A DNA stretch of 64,000 nucleotides, from positions 1,545,859-1,609,858 of the forward strand of contig NZ_OZ252594.1 in the NCBI RefSeq assembly GCF_965251085.1, in the 5' to 3' direction. Positions within the stretch are counted from its first letter, which is position 1; every line of letters begins with the position of its first letter. The stretch comes from Methyloprofundus sp. (GTDB lineage: Bacteria > Pseudomonadota > Gammaproteobacteria > Methylococcales > Methylomonadaceae). A program made the position numbers and the translations under genes. Positions 40,886-53,149 of this stretch are shown here, piece by piece. The notes beneath the pieces were generated by a model, which ran no database searches, was not told the origin of the DNA, and saw nothing but the letters and a program-made list of their open reading frames with translations.

Positions 40886-43722
40886 GATGGTTTCCTTGCT
40901 GAAGCAGCTGGGCCGTAAAGTGCTGTTTGTACGACTTCTTTTTGTTGTTCTAAATGTTTGGCTAAATTACCTACTGCTGGAGATGCTGAAGCTTGACGGC
41001 CACAGTAAGTTAATTCCAGATGGTCAGGTTTAAATATAGAAAAATTATGCCGTGATTGATACCAGGCCCCTTGGTTTTGCGGTTCTTCCTGGCACCAGAC
41101 TAAACTTTCAAGGTTGGGGTATTTGGTAAATTCAGTAGAATAGTCTCGAATTGGGAAAGGATATAACTGCTCAATCCTTACAATGGCAACATTAGGCAAA
41201 CTATCACGTGTGCGAGCTTCGAGTAGATCATAATAAACTTTCCCAGAGCACAGTACGAGGCGGGTAACTTTTTCTCTATCTATGGCGGGGTCCGTTTCAG
41301 AAATAACGGTCTGGAAATGCCCATCAACCAGATCCTCTAGCGTCGAAACAGCTGCTTTATGTCTTAACAAGCTTTTCGGTGACATAACGATAAGCGGTTT
41401 ACGATAGTTGCGTACCACCTGCCTGCGCAATAAGTGGAAGATCTGTGCCGGAGTCGAGGGCACACAAACTTGCATATTCTGATCAGCACATAATTGTAAA
41501 TAACGTTCCAGACGCGCAGATGAATGTTCGGGTCCCTGGCCTTCCATGCCATGCGGTAACAACATGACGAGTCCCGATAATCGACCCCATTTGCTTTCAC
41601 CCGAGCTAATAAACTGATCGATTAATACTTGGGCGCCATTGGCAAAATCACCAAACTGGGCTTCCCATATAGTTAAGGTTTCAGGCACGGTAGAGCTATA
41701 CCCGTATTCAAAACCGAGTACGCCGGCCTCAGAAAGAATTGAATCAAAAACTTGTGCACGCCCCTGATCCACATCCAAGTGCTTAACAGGGATATACGAT
41801 TCACCATTAAGCTGGTTATGGAGGATAATGTGGCGATGAAAAAAAGTACCGCGACCGACATCCTGCCCCACCAATCGAACATTAAATTTGTCCATCAGCA
41901 AGGTGGCATAAGCCATATTTTCAGCAAAGCCCCAATCCAGCGGCATCGCTCCGGCAGCCATTTTACGCCGGTTTTCCATAATTTTGGTCACCCGGGCATG
42001 CAATTCAAATCCGGGAGGTAAACGCTGCGACTGATTATTGCAAAAACGTATGCGCTCTAGTGGAACACGCGTATCACAGGATATATCCCACTGCTGGCCT
42101 ACATACTTATCCCATAATTTGGAATAAGAGTAGTGTGAATCGATAATAGGACGTGAAACCGGTTTTTCTGCATCCAGCAAATCCTGATAATTCTGCTCCA
42201 TATCCTGTACCTGCTGTTCGCTTAACACCTCTTGCTCTATAAGGTGATTTGCATAGAGAGTGCAAGTAGTATCCAGGGAATTGATTTTTTTATACATCAT
42301 CGGCTGAGTGGTCGATGGTTCATCTGCCTCATTATGTCCCCGGCGACGATAACAAATAAGGTCAATAACCACATCTTTTTTAAAAGTCGCACGGTAATCA
42401 ATCGCCATTTGCGTAACGAACAGCACGGCCTCTGGGTCATCGCCATTCACATGAAACACCGGTGCCTGAATCATATTTGCAACATCGGTACAGTATAAAG
42501 TAGACCGCGCATCGAATGGATCGCTGGTAGTAAAGCCTATCTGGTTATTGATAACCACATGAATTGTGCCACCCGTTGCAAACGCCCTGGTTTGCGCCAT
42601 ATTCAAGGTTTCCATCACGATTCCCTGTCCGGCAAATGCAGCATCTCCGTGGATAAGAATAGGCACTACGGTATCGGTACTGCCTTTTCCATACCTATCC
42701 TGGCGCGCTTTGACAGAGCCTTCAACCACAGGGTTGATGATTTCTAGGTGAGAAGGATTAAAGGCCATGGTGACATGTGCAAATCCGCCATCGGTTTCCA
42801 TGTTAGATGAAAACCCCATATGGTATTTAACATCTCCGGAAATGACACCTCGATCTGTTGTCGCAGTACCTTTAAACTCACTAAAAAGTTGTGCAGGACT
42901 TTTGCCTAGAATATTAATCAGCACATTTAAGCGTCCTCTATGCGCCATGCCGATAACGAGTTCTTTAGTACCATATTTACCCGAGCGCTGAATAATCTCA
43001 TCCAGAATGGGGATAAGGCATTCCCCGCCTTCTAGCGAAAAACGCTTTTGACCGACGAAGTTTCGATGCAAATATTTTTCTATGCCTTCAGCTGCGGTTA
43101 ATTGCTCTAATAACCAGATTCTTTTTTTATTATCAATATTTTCACCTGGTTTGGAGCCTTCCAGGCGGTTTTTAATCCAGCGTTTAATATCAGCATCGAA
43201 TATATGCATATATTCAGTACCAATATTCCCGCAATAAATTTCTTTTAAGGTAGCAATAATCTCTTTTAATGGTAAGCGATCTACCCCATATAAGGTACCG
43301 GTATCAAATAAAGTTTCCAGATCGGGCTCTGATAATCCGTAATAATTCGGATCTAGATCAGGCACATTTCTATGAATTTTACCCAGCGGATTATTGGTCG
43401 CCATTTCATGTCCATGCGAACGATAATGGGTAATCAAGCGTGCAACAGAAGATTGTTTTTTGACACTTTCTTCGGTAAAGCCCTGTAATTCGGCTATGCG
43501 CGAAGAATTTGATGTGGCAAGTAAAGCAAAGCGTTCTACAACAGGACTATGAGCGATATCGCGTCGATTGGGTACTTGCGGTAATTGGGCAAATTTTTCA
43601 CGCCAGGTATTTTCAACAGAATCAGGGTTTTCCAGAAATTGTTCGTACAAGTCTTCTATATAAGGTGCATTACTTCCATATAGAGCAGAGGTATCTTGAA
43701 AAAATTTAAGCAAGTTACTCAT
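40882..43722 (-). CDS. sucA: 2-oxoglutarate dehydrogenase E1
   Basis: [23 protein letters not shown] and WEAQFGDF motifs. Confidence 0.95.
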   Translation of the reverse strand: MSNLLKFFQDTSALYGSNAPYIEDLYEQFLENPDSVENTWREKFAQLPQVPNRRDIAHSPVVERFALLATSNSSRIAELQGFTEESVKKQSSVARLITHYRSHGHEMATNNPLGKIHRNVPDLDPNYYGLSEPDLETLFDTGTLYGVDRLPLKEIIATLKEIYCGNIGTEYMHIFDADIKRWIKNRLEGSKPGENIDNKKRIWLLEQLTAAEGIEKYLHRNFVGQKRFSLEGGECLIPILDEIIQRSGKYGTKELVIGMAHRGRLNVLINILGKSPAQLFSEFKGTATTDRGVISGDVKYHMGFSSNMETDGGFAHVTMAFNPSHLEIINPVVEGSVKARQDRYGKGSTDTVVPILIHGDAAFAGQGIVMETLNMAQTRAFATGGTIHVVINNQIGFTTSDPFDARSTLYCTDVANMIQAPVFHVNGDDPEAVLFVTQMAIDYRATFKKDVVIDLICYRRRGHNEADEPSTTQPMMYKKINSLDTTCTLYANHLIEQEVLSEQQVQDMEQNYQDLLDAEKPVSRPIIDSHYSYSKLWDKYVGQQWDISCDTRVPLERIRFCNNQSQRLPPGFELHARVTKIMENRRKMAAGAMPLDWGFAENMAYATLLMDKFNVRLVGQDVGRGTFFHRHIILHNQLNGESYIPVKHLDVDQGRAQVFDSILSEAGVLGFEYGYSSTVPETLTIWEAQFGDFANGAQVLIDQFISSGESKWGRLSGLVMLLPHGMEGQGPEHSSARLERYLQLCADQNMQVCVPSTPAQIFHLLRRQVVRNYRKPLIVMSPKSLLRHKAAVSTLEDLVDGHFQTVISETDPAIDREKVTRLVLCSGKVYYDLLEARTRDSLPNVAIVRIEQLYPFPIRDYSTEFTKYPNLESLVWCQEEPQNQGAWYQSRHNFSIFKPDHLELTYCGRQASASPAVGNLAKHLEQQKEVVQTALYGPAASARKPS

Positions 43723-43768
43723 GAAAAAATCCAGTTAATCGTACAAGTTGCAGTATATTGGGCTGTAA

Positions 43769-43950
43769 GGTAACGCGCAATAAATAACCCACCCATATTG
43801 CGTAGGATTTTTGTTTATCTTCAAAGCCTGCCCCGTACTTGATACGGGGGCGTAGAAATAGGCGCATAGCTAGCTACGTAACTATTTCTACAACGCAGAA
43901 GACGGACAAAAAGACCAGCAAGGTGGGTGGGTTATTTATTGCAAGTTGCC
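43769..43950. mobile_element. MITE family B copy with hairpin module, upstream of sucA
   Basis: TIR ggtaacgcgcaataaataaccc / gggttatttattgcaagttgcc, TAA on both sides. Confidence 0.8.
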
Positions 43951-44041
43951 TAAGCTGTATATTACCAAGAAAGCTTGGCTTGGTGAAAGACTAAGTGAAT
44001 TAAAATTTAGCTCACTAAAACTTTAATAGCAAACAATAGCA

Positions 44042-45735
44042 CCTAAATCCTGCAAGCATTATACATAATAATCCACAAAACTCCTTATTAAACAATGATA
44101 TAATATCATTTTCCTGATTTCACTATCTCATTGTTTTAATGAAGCCCTCTAAAGTATCAAAATCCTCATCTCACGTAAGAAACCGTACCCGAACGGTAAA
44201 AATGACATCTACAGCACATGGATTGACAAGCCAGGCGGGACTGATTCCCGTCGTGAAATATTTAGACAGGATAGGTTTTGAAAAAACCGTAAAACAAAGC
44301 GTTCCACATCGGCGGGGTGAAAATGCAGACCATCACTTATCTGATGTGGTTCTATTGACGTTGGTTGGCATGATGGGGGGAGCAACATCAATGGCAAAGG
44401 TGACGACCGTATGGGCAGATAGCGTACTGCGCAAAGTAGCTGGCTGGATAAAGATTCCTGTTGAAACCACAATTTTACGGATCTTTAAAGAAGTAAGTGA
44501 TAGGCAGATAAGCCAGTTTGAAACGCTCACGCATACTTTGCGTGGTCAACACTGGCGGCGATTGCTTCGTTCCGGAAAATCGAAAACTGGCATACAATCC
44601 GTCCAGTGGGTCGATGTCGATTCAACTGTGGACACCGTTTGTGGTCGACAAGAAGGAAGTGCCAAAGGCTTCAACCCCAAAAAGAAAGGTGCCCGTTCAT
44701 ACCATCCACAACTCGCTTTTCTAGCGGAAACAAAAGAAATTTTACAAGCCTGGTTCCGGACAGGCAATGCCTTTACAAGCAATGGTGTTGTAGAATTTAC
44801 CAAACAGTTACTTGCACACTTGCCCAATCGGATGCGCATTATTTTTCGCGGTGACAGTGGTTATTTTGTCGGTGATTTGCTTGAATTTCTCGATACCAGA
44901 GGGCATGGGTATCTAATAAAGGTTAAACTTAAGAATTTGAACGCATTGCTGGCCAAACAGGCCTGGACAGCCATACAAGGCCGACCCGGTTGGGAGCAGA
45001 GCGAGTTTCAATATCGTTGTGGTGGCTGGTCTCGCTCTCGTCAGTTTGTCGCGGTCAGGATAAAGCAACCTAAACAAGTGACAGGACCTCAGTCCGAGCT
45101 TTGGGATACGGCAGAATATGACTATTTTTGTTATGTAACAACTGAACCTCTATCGCCTTGGCAAACACATAAGAAGTATGGTGAACGAGCGACGTGCGAA
45201 ACATGGATTGAAGAAGCAAAATCACAAATGGGTTTAGGTAAAATCAGAACGAATCAATTTCTGGCTAATGCCGCATTATTTCATTGCGCCGTTCTTGCCT
45301 ACAATACCGTGCGCTGGATGGCTCAATTGAGTGGCAACAAAACGTTGTGCCAATGGGAGCCGGATACACTTCGTACTTATCTGATTCGGGTGGCTGGAAA
45401 ATTACTCACAGGCAATAATCAGCTGAGAGTCAGAACACCTGCAGATCCGCTCTATCCACAGGAATGGGATGATTGGGTTAAGGTGGGGTTACTCGCTTAA
45501 CATTAACCGAAGTTAAGTCACTTTGATTAAAAGGTCATGGCACGTTGGCAGGGTGTTTATTGCCTTGGGCTCGGGGGATATCCATACGATACAAAAAATT
45601 TCCTCTATTTATGATTTAAATCTGGATATTTTGATCGGTTGGACAAAGAGGGCTGGCAAAGCGGCAGTAAAAACCTAATAACCACTTAGCTAGACAGGTT
45701 AATGAGAGTCAAAATATGGGCTTGCAGGATTTAGG
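44042..45735 (+). mobile_element. IS1380-family element, copy 3
   Basis: Same TIRs, 1694 bp, TSD tagca. Confidence 0.95.
44139..45500 (+). CDS. IS1380-family transposase
   Basis: Protein identical to copy 2. Confidence 0.92.
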   Translation: MKPSKVSKSSSHVRNRTRTVKMTSTAHGLTSQAGLIPVVKYLDRIGFEKTVKQSVPHRRGENADHHLSDVVLLTLVGMMGGATSMAKVTTVWADSVLRKVAGWIKIPVETTILRIFKEVSDRQISQFETLTHTLRGQHWRRLLRSGKSKTGIQSVQWVDVDSTVDTVCGRQEGSAKGFNPKKKGARSYHPQLAFLAETKEILQAWFRTGNAFTSNGVVEFTKQLLAHLPNRMRIIFRGDSGYFVGDLLEFLDTRGHGYLIKVKLKNLNALLAKQAWTAIQGRPGWEQSEFQYRCGGWSRSRQFVAVRIKQPKQVTGPQSELWDTAEYDYFCYVTTEPLSPWQTHKKYGERATCETWIEEAKSQMGLGKIRTNQFLANAALFHCAVLAYNTVRWMAQLSGNKTLCQWEPDTLRTYLIRVAGKLLTGNNQLRVRTPADPLYPQEWDDWVKVGLLA

Positions 45736-45858
45736 TAGCATTAATAAGTCGACGGCACATAAGAAAAAGCTTACAGGACGTGGCTTTAGCCTGCTGCTAT
45801 GGCATAATCATCTAGCTAATTTTGCGCCCTAATTATTTTATAAATATAGCTAACTATA

Positions 45859-48800
45859 ATGAAAATTTCTGATCAACAGTGGCAATTCTGGATCGACCGA
45901 GGCGGTACTTTTACTGATATAGTCGCGCGTAGACCAGATGGTCAGTTAATCAGCCATAAGCTACTTTCGGAAAATCCGCAACACTATCAGGATGCAACAC
46001 TGCAGGGTATAAATGAGTTGCTAGCTCAGGATGTTAAGCAGCCGTCTAAAAAAATTTCAACGATAAAAATGGGCACCACGGTGGGCACTAATGCCTTATT
46101 AGAGCGTCAGGGTGAACCCACTGTATTATTGATTACTCAGGGTTTTAAAGATTGCTTGCGCATTGCCTATCAGAATCGCCCTGATATTTTTGCCTTAAAT
46201 ATACAATTACCTGAATTGCTATATCAGGAGGTCATTGAAATTGAAGAACGGCTGAATGCGCAGGGTGAAGTATTAACCCCTTTAAATACACTGCATGCAG
46301 AACAACAACTACAGGCAGTCTATCAACATGGCCTGCGTAGCGTAGCTATCGTCTTAATGCATGCCTGGGCATACCCTGAGCATGAATTGCAATTGGCCGC
46401 ATTAGCTAAGCAAATAGGTTTTACGCAAATCTCGGTTTCACATCAAGTCAGTCCCTTTATAAAAATTGTTAGCCGTGGCGATACGACTGTGGTGGATGCT
46501 TATTTATCACCCTTATTACGACGTTATGTAGAGCAAGTTAGCAATGGTTTACAGCAATATTCAGAGCACTCTAATGATGCAATTCAGCTGTTGTTTATGC
46601 AGTCAAATGGTGGTTTAACAGATGCAAACAGCTTTCAGGGCAAAGATAGTATTTTATCCGGACCTGCAGGTGGCATAGTCGGCGCTATTGCTACAGCAGA
46701 GCAGGCTGGCTTTAGTAAAATTATCGCCTTTGATATGGGTGGAACCTCAACCGATGTCGCGCATTATGCAGGTAAGCTAGAACGCAGTTTTGAAACTGAA
46801 GTTGCCGGGGTAAGAATGCGTGTGCCCATGATGAATATACATACCGTAGCTGCGGGTGGGGGATCTGTGTTATTTTTTGATGGCATGCGTTATCGGGTTG
46901 GGCCTGATTCTGCGGGTGCAAATCCAGGGCCTGCCAGTTATCGCAGGGGCGGGCCTTTAACAGTTACGGACGCCAACTTGTTGTTAGGTAAGTTACCGGT
47001 GTTTCCGGCCGTATTTGGCGAGAATGCAGATTTATCTCTAGATATCGATAGAGTAAAACAGCTGTTTGCTGAATTAGCAGAGCAGATCCAGCTTGCAACT
47101 GATGTGCAGAAGAGCCCACAGCAAGTAGCTGAAGGCTTTATAAGTATTGCCATTGAAAATATGGCTAATGCAATCAAGAAAATCTCGGTACAAAAAGGCT
47201 ATAACGTCGCTGAATATACTTTATGCTGCTATGGCGCTGCAGGTGGGCAACATGCCTGTAAAGTAGCTGATAGACTTGGTATGCAACAGGTTATGTTGCA
47301 TCCTTTTGCTGGTGTGTTATCGGCTTATGGCATGGGGCTAGCTGATTATAGATTATTAAAGGATAAAGCCTTAGAACAAGCCTGGGATGAAGTGAGTTAC
47401 ACTCAACTGGAAGACTTGTTTGCAGCATTGCGAGATCTAGGCAAGCAGGAAATGCTGGAGCAATCTCCTAAACTTCAATCGATAGAGTTTATCGCCTCTT
47501 TACACTTGCGTTACTTAGGAACAGATACAGCCTTAGTTGTAGCCTTTGCAGATAAACAATTGATGCAGTGCGCATTTGAACAGGCTTATCGAAAGCAGTT
47601 CGGTTTTGTGTATCAAGATAAACCACTGATTATTGAGTCGATCAGTCTGGAAGTCATCGCCAAAAACGAATCGCCTATACAAGTATCTTTATTAAATAAT
47701 AGTCAGCAAGAACAAAACGCTAGTGCCTTTATGCACACCCGCATGTTTAGTAATAATGCGTATCATGCAACGCCCGTCTACCAACGCAATGAACTTGCAA
47801 TAGGTCAGATCATTCAGGGTGCAGCTATCATTATCGAAGCGACCGCAACTACAATTATTGAACCAGACTGGCAAGCGCAGGTGAGTGTGCACGGTAACCT
47901 GATTTTAACGCGGTATTGTCCAATACAAGGGCAGGTTGCTATTGGGACTACGGTGGATCCGGTAATGCTGGAGATATTTAATAAATTATTTATGTCGATT
48001 GCCGAACAAATGGGCTTCGTGCTGCAAAATACGGCCTATTCGGTGAACATTAAAGAGCGCCTGGATTTTTCCTGTGCGCTGTTTAATGCGCAGGGCGAGC
48101 TTATTGCCAATGCCCCGCATATACCGGTGCATTTAGGGTCTATGGGAGAAAGCGTGCTGTCCTTATTGAATAACCAGGCAGTCAATATTCAGGCTGATGG
48201 GGTGTATTTAATTAATTCACCTTATCATGGTGGCACGCATTTGCCGGATATTACCGTGGTAACGCCTGTCTTCGAACAGCAGCAACTATTGTTTTTTGTC
48301 GCATCCAGGGGGCATCATGCTGATGTGGGCGGTATTAGCCCGGGCTCTATGCCGGCACATAGCCAAAGTATAGTTGAAGAAGGGGTTATCAGCGCGGGCA
48401 TGCCTATCGTTATCAATGGTGAGTTTCAGGAACAACTGATTCGCGAGTGGTTATCTTCAAGCAGCCACCCAGCACGTAATATAGAGCAAAATATCGCTGA
48501 TTTGCAGGCGCAAATTGCAGCAAATAATAAAGGCCGTCAAGAACTAGAGCAAATGGTTGCACATTACTCACTGGTAACCGTTTTGAGTTATATGCAGCAT
48601 GTGCAAAATAATGCGGCAGAATCGGTACGCCAAATACTGGGAACTTTAAGTAATGGGTGTTTTACAAATGTTATGGACAACGGCGCTAAGATCGTGGTGT
48701 CCATTGCGATTAATCAACAACAAAGAAGCGCAACCATTAACTTTACCGGTACCAGCGCACAATTAAAGAGTAACTTTAATGCACCCGCTGCAGTGTGCAA

Positions 48801-49473
48801 GGCTGCGGTTTTATATGTATTTCGTACCTTAGTTAAAGATGACATCCCACTCAATGCAGGTTGTCTGCAACCTTTGAATATCATAATTCCAGAAAATTCC
48901 ATGTTAAACCCTCAGTATCCGGCAGCCGTTGTCGCAGGTAATGTTGAAACTTCACAATATATTGTTGATTGTCTATATGGCGCTTTAGGTATACTCGCCA
49001 GCTCGCAGGGAACGATGAATAACCTCACCTTTGGCAATCAGGAATATCAATATTATGAAACGATTTGTGGTGGCGCAGGGGCAGGCGAGAATTTTGATGG
49101 TTGTGATGCCGTGCATACACATATGACCAATTCGAGAATTACTGATCCTGAAGTGTTAGAGTGGCGCTTTCCGGTAATCCTGGAAGAATTTTCAATTCGC
49201 GCAAATAGTGGTGGGCCAGGTAGGTATAAAGGAGGGAATGGCGTTGTCCGGAAAATTAAATTTTTAAAGCCAATGACTGTTAGCCTGTTATCCAGTCACC
49301 GATTAAAACCTGGCTTTGGATTACAAGGGGGTATGGGCGGGAGTACAGGGGAAAACACTGTACTTCGATTTGAAGGGGAGGTAGTAGCATTAGCAGGTTG
49401 TGCGGAAGTTAACATGCAGCCAGGCGATAGTTTGATTGTTAAAACACCCGGTGGTGGCGGGTTTGGAAATTAA
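45859..49473 (+). CDS. 5-oxoprolinase (fused hydantoinase A/B)
   Basis: 1204 aa; [37 protein letters not shown] and TPGGGGFG motifs. Confidence 0.93.
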   Translation: MKISDQQWQFWIDRGGTFTDIVARRPDGQLISHKLLSENPQHYQDATLQGINELLAQDVKQPSKKISTIKMGTTVGTNALLERQGEPTVLLITQGFKDCLRIAYQNRPDIFALNIQLPELLYQEVIEIEERLNAQGEVLTPLNTLHAEQQLQAVYQHGLRSVAIVLMHAWAYPEHELQLAALAKQIGFTQISVSHQVSPFIKIVSRGDTTVVDAYLSPLLRRYVEQVSNGLQQYSEHSNDAIQLLFMQSNGGLTDANSFQGKDSILSGPAGGIVGAIATAEQAGFSKIIAFDMGGTSTDVAHYAGKLERSFETEVAGVRMRVPMMNIHTVAAGGGSVLFFDGMRYRVGPDSAGANPGPASYRRGGPLTVTDANLLLGKLPVFPAVFGENADLSLDIDRVKQLFAELAEQIQLATDVQKSPQQVAEGFISIAIENMANAIKKISVQKGYNVAEYTLCCYGAAGGQHACKVADRLGMQQVMLHPFAGVLSAYGMGLADYRLLKDKALEQAWDEVSYTQLEDLFAALRDLGKQEMLEQSPKLQSIEFIASLHLRYLGTDTALVVAFADKQLMQCAFEQAYRKQFGFVYQDKPLIIESISLEVIAKNESPIQVSLLNNSQQEQNASAFMHTRMFSNNAYHATPVYQRNELAIGQIIQGAAIIIEATATTIIEPDWQAQVSVHGNLILTRYCPIQGQVAIGTTVDPVMLEIFNKLFMSIAEQMGFVLQNTAYSVNIKERLDFSCALFNAQGELIANAPHIPVHLGSMGESVLSLLNNQAVNIQADGVYLINSPYHGGTHLPDITVVTPVFEQQQLLFFVASRGHHADVGGISPGSMPAHSQSIVEEGVISAGMPIVINGEFQEQLIREWLSSSSHPARNIEQNIADLQAQIAANNKGRQELEQMVAHYSLVTVLSYMQHVQNNAAESVRQILGTLSNGCFTNVMDNGAKIVVSIAINQQQRSATINFTGTSAQLKSNFNAPAAVCKAAVLYVFRTLVKDDIPLNAGCLQPLNIIIPENSMLNPQYPAAVVAGNVETSQYIVDCLYGALGILASSQGTMNNLTFGNQEYQYYETICGGAGAGENFDGCDAVHTHMTNSRITDPEVLEWRFPVILEEFSIRANSGGPGRYKGGNGVVRKIKFLKPMTVSLLSSHRLKPGFGLQGGMGGSTGENTVLRFEGEVVALAGCAEVNMQPGDSLIVKTPGGGGFGN

Positions 49474-49484
49474 ACATAATAATT

Positions 49485-49740
49485 GTGCCTTTGGAATTTA
49501 ATGATGAACGATCCGTGACTCAGTTTTTCCTGGTTCCCTATTTTGACGCCTGTATTCATGTGCTTCCACCGCCGTCCAATCAAATCATTTTTGTCAGTTA
49601 TCCAAATGGACTGAAGCTTGATTCATTGTATGATCCGTTCTGGATTTCAGACATTTTGAAAACCTCTGTTGTCAAGAATGAAACAGCAACAGCCTCCTAC
49701 GCCATGCAGATGCAGTCTTATGAAATTTATACGGAAGAGT
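49485..49740 (+). pseudogene. DUF3299-family 3' remnant
   Basis: PLEFNDERSVTQFFLVPYFDACIHVLPPPSNQIIFV...LYDPFW matches the family's CIHVPPPPPNQ region; 5' half missing. Confidence 0.75.
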
Positions 49741-49744
49741 GTTG

Positions 49745-50752
49745 TCAACTGACGATACAGCCCATTAATTGATCTTCCAATGAGTCATCCAGAGATTCAG
49801 ATATGATTTCAATCCGGCTTTCCATGCACTCGTCCAGCACGAATTCGGTTAAGGCGTCAGCGGTCAGATTGTAGGCAAACACTCCCTTGTCGGTGATAAA
49901 TACCGCTTTCATTCTTTCAGCGTTGATGCCGTTTAACAAATCGAACAGCTTTTTGTGTTCAAACACATGCCTGGGGGAAAAGCGCCAGCCTATGCTTTGA
50001 AAGCCTTCGCCTTGGTTGTGCGCTTTAATATAACCAGAGTCCGGGAAAGGCTGTTCGGATATTAGGGGTTTTTGCTGCGTTGCATGATGGTGATGAGCAT
50101 CTGCAATAGCTGCAACAGCCGCTGTGGCGCCTTCTAATTCTGTAGGTGATATTTGCCCGTTCTGGGTAAAAATCACCCGGCTTTTAGGGGGTGCATATAG
50201 CGCAAAATATTCTTCAAGCATAGGCTTGTCAATATCCCGGTACAAGTCCGTTTTATTACCGATCACAATATCTGCAATGGCAATCTGCTGTTTAAAGGTT
50301 TCATGTGTTGTATAACGTGGGTCGGACAGTTTGCGTGCATCGACCAAAGTCAGAATTTTTTGTAAAGACAATACCTCCCGGTAGTGTTCGGCAGACAGAA
50401 CCTGCAAAACTTCTTCGGGATGACCCAGCCCCGTCGGTTCAATCAGCAAGCGATCCGGTTTTGCCCGGGTCAACAATTCGTTTAAGGCAATTTGCATCGG
50501 TAAACCAGCGGCACAACACATGCAACCGCCCGGTACTTCACGAATAAAGACGCCTTCCTCATTTGCGTGTTGCCCCTCAAACAAACTACCATCCACGCCA
50601 ATCTCGCCAAATTCATTGACCAGCACCGCCCAGCGCTGGTCAGACGGTTTGTTATTAAGTAAATGTAAAATGGCAGTGGTTTTCCCGACACCTAAAAAAC
50701 CGGTGATAATATTGGTGGGAACCGCGTTAATGTTTTTTGATTTAGTCTTCAT
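49745..50752 (-). CDS. COG0523/CobW-family Zn metallochaperone GTPase (YeiR-like)
   Basis: GFLGVGKTT, NEFGE, GCMCC, EPTGLG and NKTD motifs; His cluster AHHHH. Confidence 0.9.
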   Translation of the reverse strand: MKTKSKNINAVPTNIITGFLGVGKTTAILHLLNNKPSDQRWAVLVNEFGEIGVDGSLFEGQHANEEGVFIREVPGGCMCCAAGLPMQIALNELLTRAKPDRLLIEPTGLGHPEEVLQVLSAEHYREVLSLQKILTLVDARKLSDPRYTTHETFKQQIAIADIVIGNKTDLYRDIDKPMLEEYFALYAPPKSRVIFTQNGQISPTELEGATAAVAAIADAHHHHATQQKPLISEQPFPDSGYIKAHNQGEGFQSIGWRFSPRHVFEHKKLFDLLNGINAERMKAVFITDKGVFAYNLTADALTEFVLDECMESRIEIISESLDDSLEDQLMGCIVS

Positions 50753-50764
50753 TGTTGATGTTTA

Positions 50765-51223
50765 TTATTTATGGGTATTTTTTTCATCAGGATAAGGGAC
50801 TTTTTTAGCCTGAGTCTTGATGGAAATTTGTTGTTTTTCGACATCGACCTTGAGATAAAAACAATCCGCACGACCTGTATGACAGGCGGCGCCAGTCTGG
50901 TCGACCTGACAGAGTATCGCGTCACCATCACAATCGAAAGACATCGAGACAAGGGCTTGAACGTGCCCACTTGTTTCACCTTTTTTCCATAATCGCTCTC
51001 GGCTTCGAGACCAATAGGTCATGCGTTGAGTCGATATCGTCAGGAGAAGCGCTTGTTTATTCATCCAGGCTAACATAAGCACTGTTTTGCTAGCGGCATC
51101 CTGGGTGATAACTGGAATCAACCCTGCCTCGTTATAGGCAAGTTTGTCGATGATCTTATTGAGTTCAAGCGGTGGGTCACTAGGTGCCTTTTGCTCAAGA
51201 CTTTTAAAATAATCACGCAGCAT
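50765..51223 (-). CDS. hisI: Phosphoribosyl-AMP cyclohydrolase (likely Zur-regulon paralog)
   Basis: YWSRSR..LWKKGETSGH, DCDGD and ACHTGRADCF motifs; start at MLRDYF. Confidence 0.88.
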   Translation of the reverse strand: MLRDYFKSLEQKAPSDPPLELNKIIDKLAYNEAGLIPVITQDAASKTVLMLAWMNKQALLLTISTQRMTYWSRSRERLWKKGETSGHVQALVSMSFDCDGDAILCQVDQTGAACHTGRADCFYLKVDVEKQQISIKTQAKKVPYPDEKNTHK

Positions 51224-51227
51224 TGGC

Positions 51228-51632
51228 TTAGTGATGATCCGGGCAAGCGCAATCCAGCTGTCGGCAGAGGCGAAAATTCCAAAAATGTCCTGCCGCAACA
51301 AAACTGGCGCCTATTACCGTCAAGATTTTTTCTCCAGATTCCCCGATGATTTCTTCACCTAACATCACAGCCAGAACAAGCAGCGCGAGCCCCGTGCCTC
51401 CCACAATAAGTAAACGGAAGTGTTTATGCCGTTCACATCCCATGCTTAAGGCGTAGATGCTAGTCGGTATGACAGCCAATAGCATCCAGTAATGAAACGC
51501 TTCGTTATCAAGTTGCAAAGCCGCCATGCTTGGCAGTAACGCCAACATGACTGGCACAGCCAGACAATGAACCGCGCATAGCAATGATAAACTGATCGAT
51601 AATTTATCCGTGATTTTCTGTGTTGTTTCCAC
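51228..51632 (-). CDS. MerC-domain membrane protein
   Basis: DKLSISLSLLCAVHCL, four TM segments, C-terminal CACPDHH. Confidence 0.82.
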   Translation of the reverse strand: METTQKITDKLSISLSLLCAVHCLAVPVMLALLPSMAALQLDNEAFHYWMLLAVIPTSIYALSMGCERHKHFRLLIVGGTGLALLVLAVMLGEEIIGESGEKILTVIGASFVAAGHFWNFRLCRQLDCACPDHH

Positions 51633-51644
51633 TTTTGTGACCTC

Positions 51645-51802
51645 TTATCCCCTTAAATTTATTATTCTGTTTTCAGCGTCCAGTGTTTTACCACCTTGTT
51701 GTTTTCAGTGATCCATAGGGCATGAACTTGATGAATGCCTGGAAATACATCAAACTGGGCAACAGTTATTGAAGACAAGGTTGCCAGGCTTTCATAGCGA
51801 TA
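51645..51802 (-). pseudogene. ZrgA/DUF2796-like 3' remnant
   Basis: Hand translation YRYESLATLSSITVAQFDVFPGIHQVHALWITE / KQQGGKTLDAENRIINLRG*, with one frameshift. Confidence 0.6.
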
Positions 51803-51984
51803 GTCTGAGCTAGCCCAGTCAGTTTATTAATGACGACACCATCCTGCACTACCATCTGGCCATTTTTAAACAGCAGGGCGGCATCGGCAATAATAATGCC
51901 GTCCTGAATGAACAGGTTGCCAATGTCGCCATGACAATTCAGGTCTGGATCGTATATCGAACCGTTTTCAAGTTTGATTAGCAT
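51803..51984 (-). pseudogene. FhcA/FwdA-like amidohydrolase remnant (N- and C-terminal ends fused)
   Basis: MLIKLENGSIYDP...LFIQDGIII joined to LLFKNGQMVVQDGVVI; catalytic core deleted. Confidence 0.6.
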
Positions 51985-51997
51985 AGATTGTTAGGCC

Positions 51998-52114
51998 TTA
52001 ATTCATAAAATCCAGAGTTAACAGCAATCGCCTTTCACCTTCGTTTATAGCAGGTGAGCGGTGAACCAGCCCGGCATTTTCATTGCCCTCCCAACGTTCG
52101 CCTTTCAATAGTGC
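51998..52114 (-). pseudogene. DUF1826-family 3' remnant
   Basis: Hand translation ALLKGERWEGNENAGLVHRSPAINEGERRLLLTLDFMN*; cut by an IS66 end. Confidence 0.75.
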
Positions 52115-52315
52115 GTAAGCGCTCAATAGTCAGCGTACTTCACGGCAACTCAGATTAATGCCAAACTATCCCCATTGTTAAATACCACGGGGAATTTTAA
52201 ATGGCAGCGTTAGAAAAAATACAGGCAAAGACTTTCTGGCCTATTCACATAGAGCACTGGCAGGCATCAGGCCAATCACAGGTAGCTTATTGTCGACAGC
52301 ATGATTTATGTCCGC
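52115..52315 (+). mobile_element. IS66 left end plus truncated tnpA (orfA)
   Basis: gtaagcgctcaa terminus; [25 protein letters not shown]. Confidence 0.75.
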
Positions 52316-53008
52316 AATTGAACAGTCCAGTGCCCAGTACCGCATCAATATCCACATGCCCCTGTGTAATCGGCAGGATTTGTGCATCATATTCAGCGTT
52401 TTCAATATAGCGGTCAAGCGTTCGATGTCGGCAGAACTAACCAGATCGGCTTTGCTGATCAGGATGACATCTGCAAATTCCACCTGATCGACCAGTAAAT
52501 CCGAGACACTACGCTCATCGTCTTCACCTAGTGATTCACCGCTTTCCTGTAGGGAGTGTGCGGCTTCGTAATCGTTTAAAAAATTAACAGCATCGACAAC
52601 AGTGACCATGGTGTCCAGCGTTGCAATATCGGATAAAGACACGCCATTTTCATCTGTAAAAGTGAAGGTTTCTGCAACCGGAAGTGGCTCTGATATGCCC
52701 GTTGATTCAATAAGCAAATAATCAAAGCGACCGTCTTTTGTCAGTTTGCTGACTTCGAGTAACAGGTCCTCACGTAAAGTACAGCAAATACAGCCATTGC
52801 TCATTTCTACTAATTTTTCTTCACTGCGATTGAGTGATATTTCACTTTGCACAATCGAGGCATCAATATTGATTTCGCTCATGTCATTGACAATGACTGC
52901 GACTTTTTTGTTTTGTCTGTTATTCAGGATATGACTGAGTACAGTGGTTTTTCCAGCACCCAGAAACCCTGAAAGTACGGTAACGGGTAGTCCTTTTGTT
53001 TTTTCCAT
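52316..53008 (-). pseudogene. ZigA-type COG0523 GTPase, truncated and frameshifted
   Basis: [26 protein letters not shown] and ESTGISEP motifs; frameshift at LKTLN; CobW_C domain missing. Confidence 0.85.
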
Positions 53009-53116
53009 AGAAAATCTCGCAACATAAGTGCATGAGCGTGGCAGGCGCGTCTTCGAGCATAAGTCTAAGAGACTGGCGTGCCACACATCATAATTAAATA
53101 GTTATTGATCAGTGTG

Positions 53117-53141
53117 GCCCTTTTATTCACTATAAAAGGGC
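53117..53141. terminator. Hairpin, possible terminator
   Basis: Perfect 10-bp stem gcccttttat / ataaaagggc with a 5-nt loop. Confidence 0.45.
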
Positions 53142-53149
53142 TTGATACA

